Part shown: piece by piece, positions 43,654 to 52,504 of the stretch
Layout of the letters: the number at the start of each line of letters is the position of its first letter
Position numbering within the stretch: the stretch's first letter is position 1
NCBI GenBank assembly: GCA_034521815.1
Contig: JAXHLW010000013.1
Span: 352,001 to 416,000, forward strand
DNA length: 64,000 nt
Source: Trueperaceae bacterium
GTDB taxonomy: Bacteria; Deinococcota; Deinococci; Deinococcales; Trueperaceae
Direction: 5' to 3'
Program-made: the position numbers and the translations under genes
Notes under the pieces: model-generated
The model's database searches: none
What the model saw: only the letters and a program-made list of their open reading frames with translations
What the model was told of the DNA's origin: nothing

Positions 43654-44931
43654 ATGCTCGATCCCACCCTCCTGCGCGATCATCCCGACGACGTCCGACG
43701 CGGCGTGCGCACCAAGCGGATCGACGGCGCCGAAGCGGCGCTGGACGATCTGCTCCTCGCCGACGAGGAGCACCGCTTGTTGCGACGTGACCTCGAAGCG
43801 AAGCAGGCCCGCCGCAACACCGACAGCAAGCGCATCGGCGAGCTCAAGCGGACCGGCGAGGACGCCTCCGAGCTGATCCGCGGCATGGGCGAGCTGTCGA
43901 GCGAGGTCAAGCGCCTCGAGGAACGCGAGCGAGCGCTCAGGGAACGGATCGAGCGACTCCACCTCGACATCCCGAACCTGCCGCACGAGAGCGTGCCGGT
44001 GGGCGAAAGCGAGCACGACAACGTCGTGGTGCACGAGCGAGCGGGAACCGCCCCGGTGGGAAGCGTTCGCCCGCACTGGGACACGATGACCTCGCTGGGC
44101 TGGCTGGACGCGGAGGCGGGCACCAAGATCGCCGGCACCGGGTTTCCCGTGGTTCGGGGGACCGGGGTGCGCCTGTTCCGGGCGTTGGAGCGGTTCTTCC
44201 TCGACCGGCTCGCCGAGGCGGGATTCGCCGAGGTTCGCGTGCCGCTGCTCGCGAACGAGACGAGCGCCACCGCGACCGGCCAGCTGCCCGACAAGGAGGG
44301 GCAGATGTACCGGGTCGAGGACGGCCTCTACCTGATCCCGACGTCCGAGGTGGCGGTCACGAACCTGCATCGTGACGAGATCCTCGATGCGGCGTCGCTG
44401 CCGCTTCGCTACTGCGCGTCGACGCCGTGCTTTCGTCGGGAGGCGGGGAGCTACGGCAAGGAGGTTCGGGGCCTGAACCGCGTGCACCAGTTCGACAAGG
44501 TCGAGATGGTGGCGTTCACCGAGCCGGACGAGGGCTACGCCATGCTCGAGACCATGACGGAGCTGGCCGAGGCGATGCTGGCTGCGTTGGGCCTGACGTA
44601 CCGTCGTCTGCTGATGTGCACGGCCGACATGGGCTTCACGCAGGCGAAGAAGTACGACCTCGAGGTGTGGAGCCCCGGCCAGGAGCGCTGGCTCGAGGTG
44701 AGCAGCATCAGCACGCTCACCGACTTCCAGGCCCGGCGCCTGAAGACGCGCTCACGCCCTGGCGGAGCGTCCGGAAGCGGCAAGACCTCGCTGGTCCACA
44801 CGCTGAACGGCAGCGCGCTGGCGCTGCCGCGAACGGTCGCCGCGATCGTGGAGACCTACCAGCTGGACGCGGGTGGCGTCATGGTGCCAGAGGCGCTCCA
44901 GCCGTACCTCGGCGAGGGTCCTCTGGTCTGA
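43654..44931 (+). CDS. serS: Serine--tRNA ligase
   Basis: N-terminal coiled coil, LIPTSE, FRREAG, RVHQFDKVE, HTLNGS. Confidence 0.97.
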   Translation: MLDPTLLRDHPDDVRRGVRTKRIDGAEAALDDLLLADEEHRLLRRDLEAKQARRNTDSKRIGELKRTGEDASELIRGMGELSSEVKRLEERERALRERIERLHLDIPNLPHESVPVGESEHDNVVVHERAGTAPVGSVRPHWDTMTSLGWLDAEAGTKIAGTGFPVVRGTGVRLFRALERFFLDRLAEAGFAEVRVPLLANETSATATGQLPDKEGQMYRVEDGLYLIPTSEVAVTNLHRDEILDAASLPLRYCASTPCFRREAGSYGKEVRGLNRVHQFDKVEMVAFTEPDEGYAMLETMTELAEAMLAALGLTYRRLLMCTADMGFTQAKKYDLEVWSPGQERWLEVSSISTLTDFQARRLKTRSRPGGASGSGKTSLVHTLNGSALALPRTVAAIVETYQLDAGGVMVPEALQPYLGEGPLV

Positions 44932-44941
44932 GCGGAGTGGG

Positions 44942-45238
44942 TCAGCCGTCGTCGCCCCCGGTGCGGGGGACGCGGACGAACTCGCCCGAGCGCGCGCGGG
45001 CTTGGTCTCGGGCGCGCTCGGGCACCAGCCCGGCCTGCACCACGTCGGCGCGCGTCCCGTCCTCGACGTGGAGGGGGCGCAGCATCGGCTCGAGTCCGTC
45101 GACGTCGATCTCCGTGAGCTCGCCCAAGTGGGCCAGGACGCGCTCCAGATCGCCGCGGAGCCCCTCTCGCTCGTCGTCCTCGAGTCGTAGCCTGGCCAGG
45201 CGGGCGAGGTGGGTCAGCTCGTGGTCGTCGACCTTCAT
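44942..45238 (-). CDS. gatC: Asp/Glu-tRNA amidotransferase subunit C
   Basis: HLARLARL, L.EIDV..LEP, R.D, FVRVPR; 98 aa. Confidence 0.9.
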   Translation of the reverse strand: MKVDDHELTHLARLARLRLEDDEREGLRGDLERVLAHLGELTEIDVDGLEPMLRPLHVEDGTRADVVQAGLVPERARDQARARSGEFVRVPRTGGDDG

Positions 45239-45334
45239 GACGGCAGGCTAGCACGGCCCGCAGGCGGCGCGAATCGGACGCGAACCGGGTCGGGGACGGC
45301 GGTCGCCGCCCGCGCGGAGGGCTATCATGCGCAG

Positions 45335-45955
45335 GTGAAACCGACCAGCCCGGCACGCGAACGGGTGTTGCACGCGGCCGAGGAGCTGTTCGCCCGGCAC
45401 GGCTTCGCCGGCGTGACCATGCGCGACATCGCACGAGAGCTCGGGATTCGGCAGGCGTCGCTCTACTATCACGCTCCTGCGGGAAAGCAGGACCTGTACG
45501 TCCAGGTCGTCGAGCGCAGCATGGAGCGTCATCGGCGAGCGATGGAGGCCGCGGTCTCGCAGGCGGCGTCGCTCCGGGACGCGCTCCACGCCGTCGCCGA
45601 CTGGCTCCTGGGACAGCCTCTCGTCGATCTGTTCCGGATGGTCCGCAGCGACATGGCGGCCGCGTCGCCCGAGCACACCGACCGCCTGCGCGCCCTGGCG
45701 TACCGCGCGCTGCTCGAGCCGCTGAGGGCCACGTTCGCGGCGGCCGCCGAGCGCGGCGAGACGCGAGCGGCCGACCCGATGCTGCTCGCGGGAACGTTCC
45801 TGGCGACGATCGAGTCGATCGATCATGCCGTCACCGTCGAGGGCGCGACGCGGCCGGCCCGAGAGATGGCGCGCGAGATGATCGACGTATGGTGGACCGG
45901 CCTTCAGCTTCGCGGCGGTCGCGTCGGGCCGGATGACGACCGCGGTGTCGGCTAG
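45335..45955 (+). CDS. TetR/AcrR-family transcriptional regulator
   Basis: AEELF..HGF..VTMRDIARELG...SLYYH HTH; GTG 6 nt after TATCAT. Confidence 0.92.
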   Translation: MKPTSPARERVLHAAEELFARHGFAGVTMRDIARELGIRQASLYYHAPAGKQDLYVQVVERSMERHRRAMEAAVSQAASLRDALHAVADWLLGQPLVDLFRMVRSDMAAASPEHTDRLRALAYRALLEPLRATFAAAAERGETRAADPMLLAGTFLATIESIDHAVTVEGATRPAREMAREMIDVWWTGLQLRGGRVGPDDDRGVG

Positions 45956-46683
45956 AACGCCAATCCCAGCAACGCCCACAGCGGAACGACCAGCAGCAGC
46001 GCCGGCAGCATGCTGGCGACGCGCACCCGCACGATCTCGAGCAGCCCCAAGCCGAGGCCGATGATCATCAGGCCGCCCACGCCGTTGACGAGGAGCACCC
46101 TCGGATCGTTCGCGGGGTCGGGCAGCCACTGCGTCAACAGCCCGGCGCCCAGGGAGAGCCCGCCCTGGTAGAGGGCGACCACGATCGCCGACGCCATCAC
46201 GCCCACGCCGAAGGTCGTGGCCAGCGCCAGCGACGCCAGGCCGTCGAGGGCGCTCTTGAGCAGCAGGAAGTCGGGGTCGCCGACGAGCCCGTTCTGGATC
46301 GAGCCCAGGAGGGTGAGCGGGCCCACGCAGAACAGCAGGGTCGCCGCGACGAACCCTTCGGTGAAGCGGCCGCTGCCGCGGAAGCGTCGCTTCAGCCGAT
46401 CGCCGATCCGCTCCAAGCCCTCCTCGATTCGCAGCGCCTCGCCCAGCGCGCCACCCGCCGCGAGGCCGAGCAGCGCCACGATCACGCCCGGTGGCGCGTC
46501 GACCCTGAGCAGGTCCATGGCCGAGCCGATGCCGATGAACACCGTGGTGAGGCCGATGGCCTGCATCACGACGGTCACCGTCCGCGCAGGCAGGCGGCCA
46601 CGGAGCGCCAGGCCCAGCGACGAGCCGAGCAGCACCGCGATCACGTTGACGATCGTGCCCGAGGTCTGCGCCAGCAGGCTCAC
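45952..46683 (-). CDS. DUF554 (YdfK/YqgA-like) membrane protein
   Basis: GTIVN, GFVAATLLFCVG, GSIQNGL.GD, KSALDG, YQG. Confidence 0.88.
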   Translation of the reverse strand: MSLLAQTSGTIVNVIAVLLGSSLGLALRGRLPARTVTVVMQAIGLTTVFIGIGSAMDLLRVDAPPGVIVALLGLAAGGALGEALRIEEGLERIGDRLKRRFRGSGRFTEGFVAATLLFCVGPLTLLGSIQNGLVGDPDFLLLKSALDGLASLALATTFGVGVMASAIVVALYQGGLSLGAGLLTQWLPDPANDPRVLLVNGVGGLMIIGLGLGLLEIVRVRVASMLPALLLVVPLWALLGLAF

Positions 46684-47297
46684 GCCGGAGGTCCGCCCTC
46701 GTCGCCGGCGGCCGCTGCGGTGGCCCCGCCGCGGAGCACCATCACCGTCACGACCGCTGCCGCCACCAGCGGCAGACCGATCAGCCAGGCCAGCCAGGTG
46801 GTCAGGGACTGCGGCCCGGTCGCCGTCGGCGGAAAGATGAACGAGCGCGGCTCCGTGTCGCCGCTCGCTCCGACGTTCAGCGTGATCGTCGCTTGGGCCT
46901 CCTCCTGCCGGAACGTCTGGTCGCGAAAACGGAGGGTCCATTCGCCCTGTGCCGGGAGCACCAGCTCGGTCCGGTACACGCCCGGTTCGATCTCGGTGAA
47001 GCGATCGCTCTCGAGCACCGGTTCGCCCGCGGGGGGGCGGGCCTCGACGAACACGACGGCGTCTTCGACCGGCGCGTCGACCGGATCGCGCATCTCGAGA
47101 ACGACGGCGGCCGGCTCGTCCGCACGCACGGGGGCGGGCTCGGTCGAGACCGTGCCGAACACCAGCGTAGCGTGCGCGAGCGCGGCGGCGAGGCAGCTCC
47201 AGACCAGGGTGGCCGCGGCGGCGCCCGTGGCGTGCCGGACGACGGAACGAGGGCGACCGCCTCCACGGGGTCTGCGGTCGGCGGGGTCACGGCGCAT
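46680..47297 (-). CDS. Exported YtkA/FixH-like Ig-fold protein with an N-terminal His after the signal peptide and a C-terminal TM anchor
   Basis: AALA|HATL cleavage site; PVEDA.V, EPGVY...L...GEW; C-terminal hydrophobic helix. Confidence 0.6.
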   Translation of the reverse strand: MRRDPADRRPRGGGRPRSVVRHATGAAAATLVWSCLAAALAHATLVFGTVSTEPAPVRADEPAAVVLEMRDPVDAPVEDAVVFVEARPPAGEPVLESDRFTEIEPGVYRTELVLPAQGEWTLRFRDQTFRQEEAQATITLNVGASGDTEPRSFIFPPTATGPQSLTTWLAWLIGLPLVAAAVVTVMVLRGGATAAAAGDEGGPPA

Positions 47298-48078
47298 GCG
47301 ATACCTCCCAGAGCACGTCGCGTGGCAGGGCGCCCCGCACGTGCACGACGGCCGCCAGCTCGCGACCGATCCATCTCCAGTGCCACGGCTCGTAGGCGTA
47401 ACAGCTACGGTCCGACGCGCCCTCCGGGTAGCTCGATACGAACCCGTACCTCCAGGCGTGGCGCTGCATCCACGCCCCCTCGGGTGTTCGGGCCCAGTCC
47501 GCGACGTCCCACGGCGCTGGGCCTCCCACGCTCCCCAGGTCCACGGAGGTGCCCAGCTGGTGCTCGGAGTGGCCCGGCCGGGCGCTGGTGGTGAGCGCTG
47601 CGGCCTCGCCGTCGAGGCGGACCCAGTACGCGAACGTCGTCGCCTGGTAGGCGTAGCTGCGGTACGCCGAGCGCAGCTCGAGCGAGACCCCGTCGGCGTG
47701 CGCCGCCTCGCGCAGCGCACGCAGATCGGGAACGACCACCGCACGAACCGAGCGATCATCATTGAACCCCGCCTCGCGGGCCGGCACCAGGTCGCCGGGC
47801 GCCCAGCTCTCGGGCAGGGCGAACACGGTGTCCAGCACGGTCCAGCGCCCGTCGCCCTCCGGATGGATCCGGGCGGGCACGTCCCGGTACGCGCACGGCG
47901 GAGGCCCGCCGGCGTCCTCGGCCTGCTGGGCGTCTCCGACCTCGGGTCCCTGCTGGGCGCTGGCGAGCAGGACCAGCGACGACGCGACGCTCGTCAGCGC
48001 CGCCGCGACCGCGAGAGCGGCGAGCCGGCGCAGGCGCCGGACGGGTACCCGGCGTCCCGGCGTGCGACGACCCGTCAT
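47287..48078 (-). CDS. M15B (VanY-like) Zn D-Ala-D-Ala carboxypeptidase, exported
   Basis: SAYRS, PGHSEHQLG.SVD, YEPWHWRW; signal peptide. Confidence 0.92.
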   Translation of the reverse strand: MTGRRTPGRRVPVRRLRRLAALAVAAALTSVASSLVLLASAQQGPEVGDAQQAEDAGGPPPCAYRDVPARIHPEGDGRWTVLDTVFALPESWAPGDLVPAREAGFNDDRSVRAVVVPDLRALREAAHADGVSLELRSAYRSYAYQATTFAYWVRLDGEAAALTTSARPGHSEHQLGTSVDLGSVGGPAPWDVADWARTPEGAWMQRHAWRYGFVSSYPEGASDRSCYAYEPWHWRWIGRELAAVVHVRGALPRDVLWEVSHAP

Positions 48079-48094
48079 CGGAACGACCTCGCCA

Positions 48095-49621
48095 TCAGAA
48101 CGACGGCCCCAGCACGGTGCCGCGCATCTCCATCGGCTGGGCCAGAATCAGGAGCTGGAACACCGCCAGGCCGATCACCAGGATCAGCATCGGCCACATC
48201 GCCGCCACGCCACGCCGCCCGAAGTCACGCAGCGCGATCCGGACGACGAGGAACGCGGCCAGGAGCGCGTAGCCGCCGCTCACCGCGGCGGTGATGGGGA
48301 ACAGCCAGGTCGACGGCATCCAGCGCGCCAGGCGCCAGTCCGGATCGACGGCCGCGCCCCGAATCTCGAAGAAGTGCTGCATCACGGGCACGATCGACGC
48401 TGCGCCGGTGAGGAAATGGAACAGGTAGTGCGCCGCCCAGAATCCGAACGCCAGCGCCACGAACACGTAGCCCCAGCGTAGGAACGCTCGGCGAGGCGCG
48501 AAGCCGGCCCCGCCCGCGAGATCGGCGAGGACGGCGGCCGTTCCGACCAGGGCCAGTCCCGCCAGGCTGATCGCGCCGAACACCAGCGCCAGCAGGAACG
48601 CCTCGTTGCGACTGCCCGTCGTGGCAGCGAGCCACTCGGCGACGTCGTAGAACGGGGGAACCATCGCCATCGCGTTCAGCAGGCCCCAGAACAGCAGCAG
48701 CACGGCCAACACCAGCACCGGAGGGCCCCAGCGACGACGCCACGGCGCGCGCGCCAGCTCGCGGCCCGGCGATCTGAGCATCAACGAGACGTTGTCGTAC
48801 GGGCAGGCCCGGACGCAGTTCATGCACGAGGTGCAGTCCATGTTCGAGGTCATCGCCGGAACGAGCAGGCGCGTCTCGCAGCCCGGAAACACGCCCTCGC
48901 CGTTGGGCCTCACCACCTCGTCCGCCGCGATGAACGCTTCTGCGCTGGTCGCGTCCGCACGCTCGGTCCGCGTCTCGCGGCCGTGCAGGCACGGCTTGTG
49001 CTCGCAGGCGCGGCAGACGTCCGGATCGGTGGCTGCGATCTGCGTGGGGGACACGCTGGAGAACACGAAGTTGAAGTTGCCCAGTGGACAGACGTACCGG
49101 CAGAACGTGCCTGCCGGGAAGAGGGCGTCGACAGCGAACGCGCCTGCGAAGTAGGCGATCGCCAGCCAGGCGGTGAGCCAAGGACTGGCCCACAGGTCGA
49201 ACACCTCGTAGCTGTAGAACACCGCGAAGAGCAGAACGGCCACCAGCCACTTGTTGCGCAGCCAGGAGGGCCAGCGAAGCTCGGCAGGCAGCCAGCGCTT
49301 CACGGCGTTCGCCGGACCGCGGGTCAGCATCAGCGGACAGGCGGCGCAGAACGCATTGCCGACGAGGGCCAGCGCGACGACGACCAGCCCCCGGTAGTGA
49401 AGCCAGCTCGCGGTCGTCGCGACGTTCCTCGGTGCGAGCTGACGTCCCGTGAGGCCGTCGATGATCACCATCACGGCCAGGGCCAGCAGCGGCAGCTGAA
49501 GCACCAGACGGGCGTAGCGCCAGCGGACGAAGCGGCGCAGGCCGGGAAGCCGGAACAGGTCCGGCCCGCGCGGCTGGTCGGCGATCGGACCGGACGTGGG
49601 GAGCGGTACGCGGCGACTCAC
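48095..49621 (-). CDS. Membrane 4Fe-4S polyferredoxin (NapH/CcoG/YccM-like)
   Basis: FCAACP, FCRYVCP, CRAC...C, CTSCMNCVRACP; multiple TM helices on both sides. Confidence 0.85.
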   Translation of the reverse strand: MSRRVPLPTSGPIADQPRGPDLFRLPGLRRFVRWRYARLVLQLPLLALAVMVIIDGLTGRQLAPRNVATTASWLHYRGLVVVALALVGNAFCAACPLMLTRGPANAVKRWLPAELRWPSWLRNKWLVAVLLFAVFYSYEVFDLWASPWLTAWLAIAYFAGAFAVDALFPAGTFCRYVCPLGNFNFVFSSVSPTQIAATDPDVCRACEHKPCLHGRETRTERADATSAEAFIAADEVVRPNGEGVFPGCETRLLVPAMTSNMDCTSCMNCVRACPYDNVSLMLRSPGRELARAPWRRRWGPPVLVLAVLLLFWGLLNAMAMVPPFYDVAEWLAATTGSRNEAFLLALVFGAISLAGLALVGTAAVLADLAGGAGFAPRRAFLRWGYVFVALAFGFWAAHYLFHFLTGAASIVPVMQHFFEIRGAAVDPDWRLARWMPSTWLFPITAAVSGGYALLAAFLVVRIALRDFGRRGVAAMWPMLILVIGLAVFQLLILAQPMEMRGTVLGPSF

Positions 49622-49625
49622 GGTC

Positions 49626-50024
49626 TCACGGTCGGCGGACGGTCGTCGCGGCTTCCTGGCGGGTCGTGGACCCGTCCGGCAACGTCACGTCGGCGGTGAC
49701 GATCCAATCCCCGGCCATGTCGAACACCATGTCGTCGGCCCGGTACACCCCGGGGGACGCCTCGAAGGCGGCGCGAATCACCGGCACCATGCCGGCGTGC
49801 GTCATGTCGCCGGTGATCTCGACGTCGGCGCCTTCGACCGCCACGCCGTCCCGGTCCACGCGGACCACCACCGTGGCGGGACCGACGGCGGGAGCTTCGG
49901 GAAGGTCGATCGCGACCGCGACCGGGTCGGCGCTCGCCGATCCGGTCGTCGACGATCCCGCGTCGGGCGGGCGGCAGGACGCCAGGAGCGCCGTCAGGGA
50001 CAGAACGAGAACGACTGCACGCAT
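49626..50024 (-). CDS. YtkA/FixH-like lipoprotein
   Basis: Lipobox LLASC; VEGADV, DMTHAGM, PGVY....MAGDW; ATG 7 nt after TGgTAGGGT. Confidence 0.8.
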   Translation of the reverse strand: MRAVVLVLSLTALLASCRPPDAGSSTTGSASADPVAVAIDLPEAPAVGPATVVVRVDRDGVAVEGADVEITGDMTHAGMVPVIRAAFEASPGVYRADDMVFDMAGDWIVTADVTLPDGSTTRQEAATTVRRP

Positions 50025-50899
50025 CGCACGGACCCTACCACGCCCGGTTCCCGGGCCGGGTCGCTCGTGGCCAGCTCGGGGTGCCACCGATCGATCGCGA
50101 CGAGGTAGGCCAGCACCCCTTCGGCGATGGCGCCCGCTGGACGGTTCGGGTCGCCCAGCCAGGCCCGGTCGAGGGGATGGCTCAGGTAGCCCATCTCGAC
50201 GATGAGTCCCGCCGTGCCCGCTCGCGCGGCGTGTCGAACGCGATCGTGCGCGAACGCGTAGTAGTCCAGCATGGCGCCCGAGACGTTGTCGCCGTCGTCC
50301 GGCATCGGCGCGGCGCGCAGGTAGGCGACGTCCACCAGGCGGCGAAGCCACGGCTCGCGACGGTTGCGAGCCGGCTCGCGATGGGCGCTCTTGTACCCTC
50401 GGCGCGCCGGGTCGCCGCTGGCGTCGGCGTGGAGGGAGACCAGCACGCTCGGACCGTAGCCCGGGGGCACCGTCGCAGCCAGGAGCTCGACCTGCACGCC
50501 TGCCGCCGCCAGACGCTCGGCCAGCGCGATGGCGACCGCACGGTTCACGTCGACCTCGTTCACGCCGCCGCCCCTGCCGCCCGTGCTCGTCCGCAGGTCG
50601 GCGAGCTCGTCTGGATGCTCGTGCGCATGGAGATGGCCGATCTGGAGCGCGACCGTCGGAGGTCCTTGCAGCCACGCCCGGATCCGGGTCCAGCCGTCGG
50701 GCGTCGGTGGAATGCCGGTTCCCGCGATCTCCTCGACGCGCGCTTCGGTCGCGAGCGAGCGCTCCAGCCACGCCCAGCCGGCCAGGGCGGACAGGAGCGC
50801 CACGAGCAAAAGAGCGCGGGTCGCCCAGCGGCGCGAGCCGCTGCGCCGTGAACGGGGCTGCCGGGCGGCGCCGGCGAGAGGAAGCGAGGTCACGCTCAC
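49994..50899 (-). CDS. N-acetylmuramoyl-L-alanine amidase (Amidase_3), membrane-anchored
   Basis: Zn-ligand motifs QIGH, NE..VN, SLHAD, IVEMGY; N-terminal TM helix. Confidence 0.85.
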   Translation of the reverse strand: MSVTSLPLAGAARQPRSRRSGSRRWATRALLLVALLSALAGWAWLERSLATEARVEEIAGTGIPPTPDGWTRIRAWLQGPPTVALQIGHLHAHEHPDELADLRTSTGGRGGGVNEVDVNRAVAIALAERLAAAGVQVELLAATVPPGYGPSVLVSLHADASGDPARRGYKSAHREPARNRREPWLRRLVDVAYLRAAPMPDDGDNVSGAMLDYYAFAHDRVRHAARAGTAGLIVEMGYLSHPLDRAWLGDPNRPAGAIAEGVLAYLVAIDRWHPELATSDPAREPGVVGSVRCVQSFSFCP

Positions 50900-50935
50900 G
50901 CTGCGAGCCTACGCCTGGGCGCCGACCGCTCGCTG

Positions 50936-50995
50936 CGAAACGTCCGACAACGAAACGTCCGACGCCGAAACGTCCGACGCCGAGACGTTCGACGC
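50936..50995. repeat. Intergenic 15-bp tandem repeat x4
   Basis: cgaaacgtccgacaa / cgaaacgtccgacgc / cgaaacgtccgacgc / cgagacgttcgacgc. Confidence 0.9.
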
Positions 50996-51011
50996 CGCGG
51001 CGAGACGCGGC

Positions 51012-51668
51012 TCAGACGCGCTCGGCGGTGATCCAGAAAAGGATGTGCTCGCAGATGTTCTCGATGTGATCGCCCAGACGCTCGAGGTAACGCCCGACGC
51101 TCAGCAGTTTCGTGGCCGGCGTGATCGAGCGGTGGTCCTCGAGCATGTAGGTCAACAGCTCGCGCTGGATCTGCTCGTACAGCTCGTCGATCTCCTCGTC
51201 CATCGCGAGCGCCCGTCGCGCTGCGTCGGCGTCGCTCTCGGCCAGGGCGGCGATGGTCGTGTCGATCATCACCTCCGCGATCTCGAGGATCCGGTTCATG
51301 TCGATGTACTTCTTCAGCGGTGGCCGCGACGCGAGCTCACGACCGGCTTTCGCGACGTGCACGGCGTAGTCGCCGGCGCGCTCGATGTCGCTCAGCGAAC
51401 GGTGCATCGCACCGAGGAAGCGCAGGTCGCGGGCCGCGGGCTGCCGCCGCGCGATCACGCTCAGGATCCGGTGCTCGAGCTGGTCCTGGAGCTCGTCCAC
51501 CGCCCGGTCGTTCGCGACGCAGCGCTCGGCGGCGTCGACGTCGGCGTCGATCAGCGACCGGCGAGCCAGATCGACGGACGCCCGAACCAGGCTCAGCATC
51601 CGCACGGTCTCGGCGGTGACCTCCTGCAGGTCTTGATCCAGCGCGTTCATCGAGTCCGATCGTAGCAT
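51012..51668 (-). CDS. phoU: Phosphate signalling protein PhoU
   Basis: D..VD, RQPAARDLR, DIERAGD, DEEID, LERLGDH..NICE; alternative start at 51650. Confidence 0.95.
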   Translation of the reverse strand: MLRSDSMNALDQDLQEVTAETVRMLSLVRASVDLARRSLIDADVDAAERCVANDRAVDELQDQLEHRILSVIARRQPAARDLRFLGAMHRSLSDIERAGDYAVHVAKAGRELASRPPLKKYIDMNRILEIAEVMIDTTIAALAESDADAARRALAMDEEIDELYEQIQRELLTYMLEDHRSITPATKLLSVGRYLERLGDHIENICEHILFWITAERV

Positions 51669-51690
51669 GGCTCCATGCTGCCCTTTCCGT

Positions 51691-51750
51691 GTCAGGGACG
51701 CGTCAGGTCGGTCGTTCGGGCGTCCGGCGGCGCGATGACGGTCCCCTGAC
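51691..51750. promoter_or_regulatory. Pair of Pho-box-like TGAC-N7-TGAC direct repeats, one per divergent promoter
   Basis: Plus strand TGACGGTCCCCTGAC (51736-51750); minus strand TGACGCGTCCCTGAC (51705-51691); 11-bp period. Confidence 0.6.
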
Positions 51751-51772
51751 GTGGCGGCGGTATCGTGATGCG

Positions 51773-52504
51773 GTGACGAACGACGACCGTGTCCACCCCG
51801 GCGGGCTCTCCAGCGACCGGTCCTCGAGTGACCGGTCCTCGGCGCCCACGGTGCTGGTGGTCGAGGACGATCCCGCCGTGCGTGAGCTCGTGGCGCTGCA
51901 CCTCGCGCGGGCGGGCTTCATCGTGCACGAGGCCGCCGACGGAGGCGAGGGATGGGCACGCCTGGCGCTGGCGGACGTCGTGGTGCTCGACCGGATGCTG
52001 CCCGACGAGTCCGGCGACGCCTGGCTGCGGCGGCTTCGTGCGGACCCGGATCACGTGCGGCTGCCGGTGCTCATGCTGACGGCTCGCGCCAGCGAGGTGG
52101 ACCGCGTCGGCGGGCTCGAGGCGGGCGCCGACGACTACCTGGTCAAGCCGTTCAGCGCCCCGGAGCTGGTCGCCCGCTTGCGGGCGTTGCTGCGTCGCGT
52201 GCCGTCCCGACGCCGCTCCACCGTCGGCGGGCTGGTGGTCGACATCGAGGAGGCACGGGTGACGCACGAGGGGACCGAGGTCGAGCTGACGCGCCGCGAG
52301 TTCGAGCTGATCGCCTACCTGGCAGCCCATCCCGGCCGCGTGTTCGCCCGCTCGGAGCTCCTGGATCGCGTGTGGGGCGAAGACTACCTCGGCACCGAGC
52401 GCACCGTCGATCAGCACGTCGCCCAGCTGCGCCAGCGGCTCGGCGACGAGCTGATCGAAACCGTCCGCGGCAGGGGGTACCGGCTTGCCCAACGCGACGG
52501 CTGA
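51773..52504 (+). CDS. phoB: OmpR/PhoB-family response regulator (likely PhoB)
   Basis: VVEDD, LD.MLP, GADDYLVKPF, LTRREF, RTVD.H, ETVRGRGY; divergent from phoU. Confidence 0.85.
   Translation: MTNDDRVHPGGLSSDRSSSDRSSAPTVLVVEDDPAVRELVALHLARAGFIVHEAADGGEGWARLALADVVVLDRMLPDESGDAWLRRLRADPDHVRLPVLMLTARASEVDRVGGLEAGADDYLVKPFSAPELVARLRALLRRVPSRRRSTVGGLVVDIEEARVTHEGTEVELTRREFELIAYLAAHPGRVFARSELLDRVWGEDYLGTERTVDQHVAQLRQRLGDELIETVRGRGYRLAQRDG

Noticed and set aside
44942-45238. gatC without gatA/gatB as an anomaly
   Set aside because: Dispersed gat genes occur in this phylum; the partners are probably outside the window
50936-50995. Possible CRISPR array
   Set aside because: 15-bp units with no spacers and no cas genes; a simple tandem repeat
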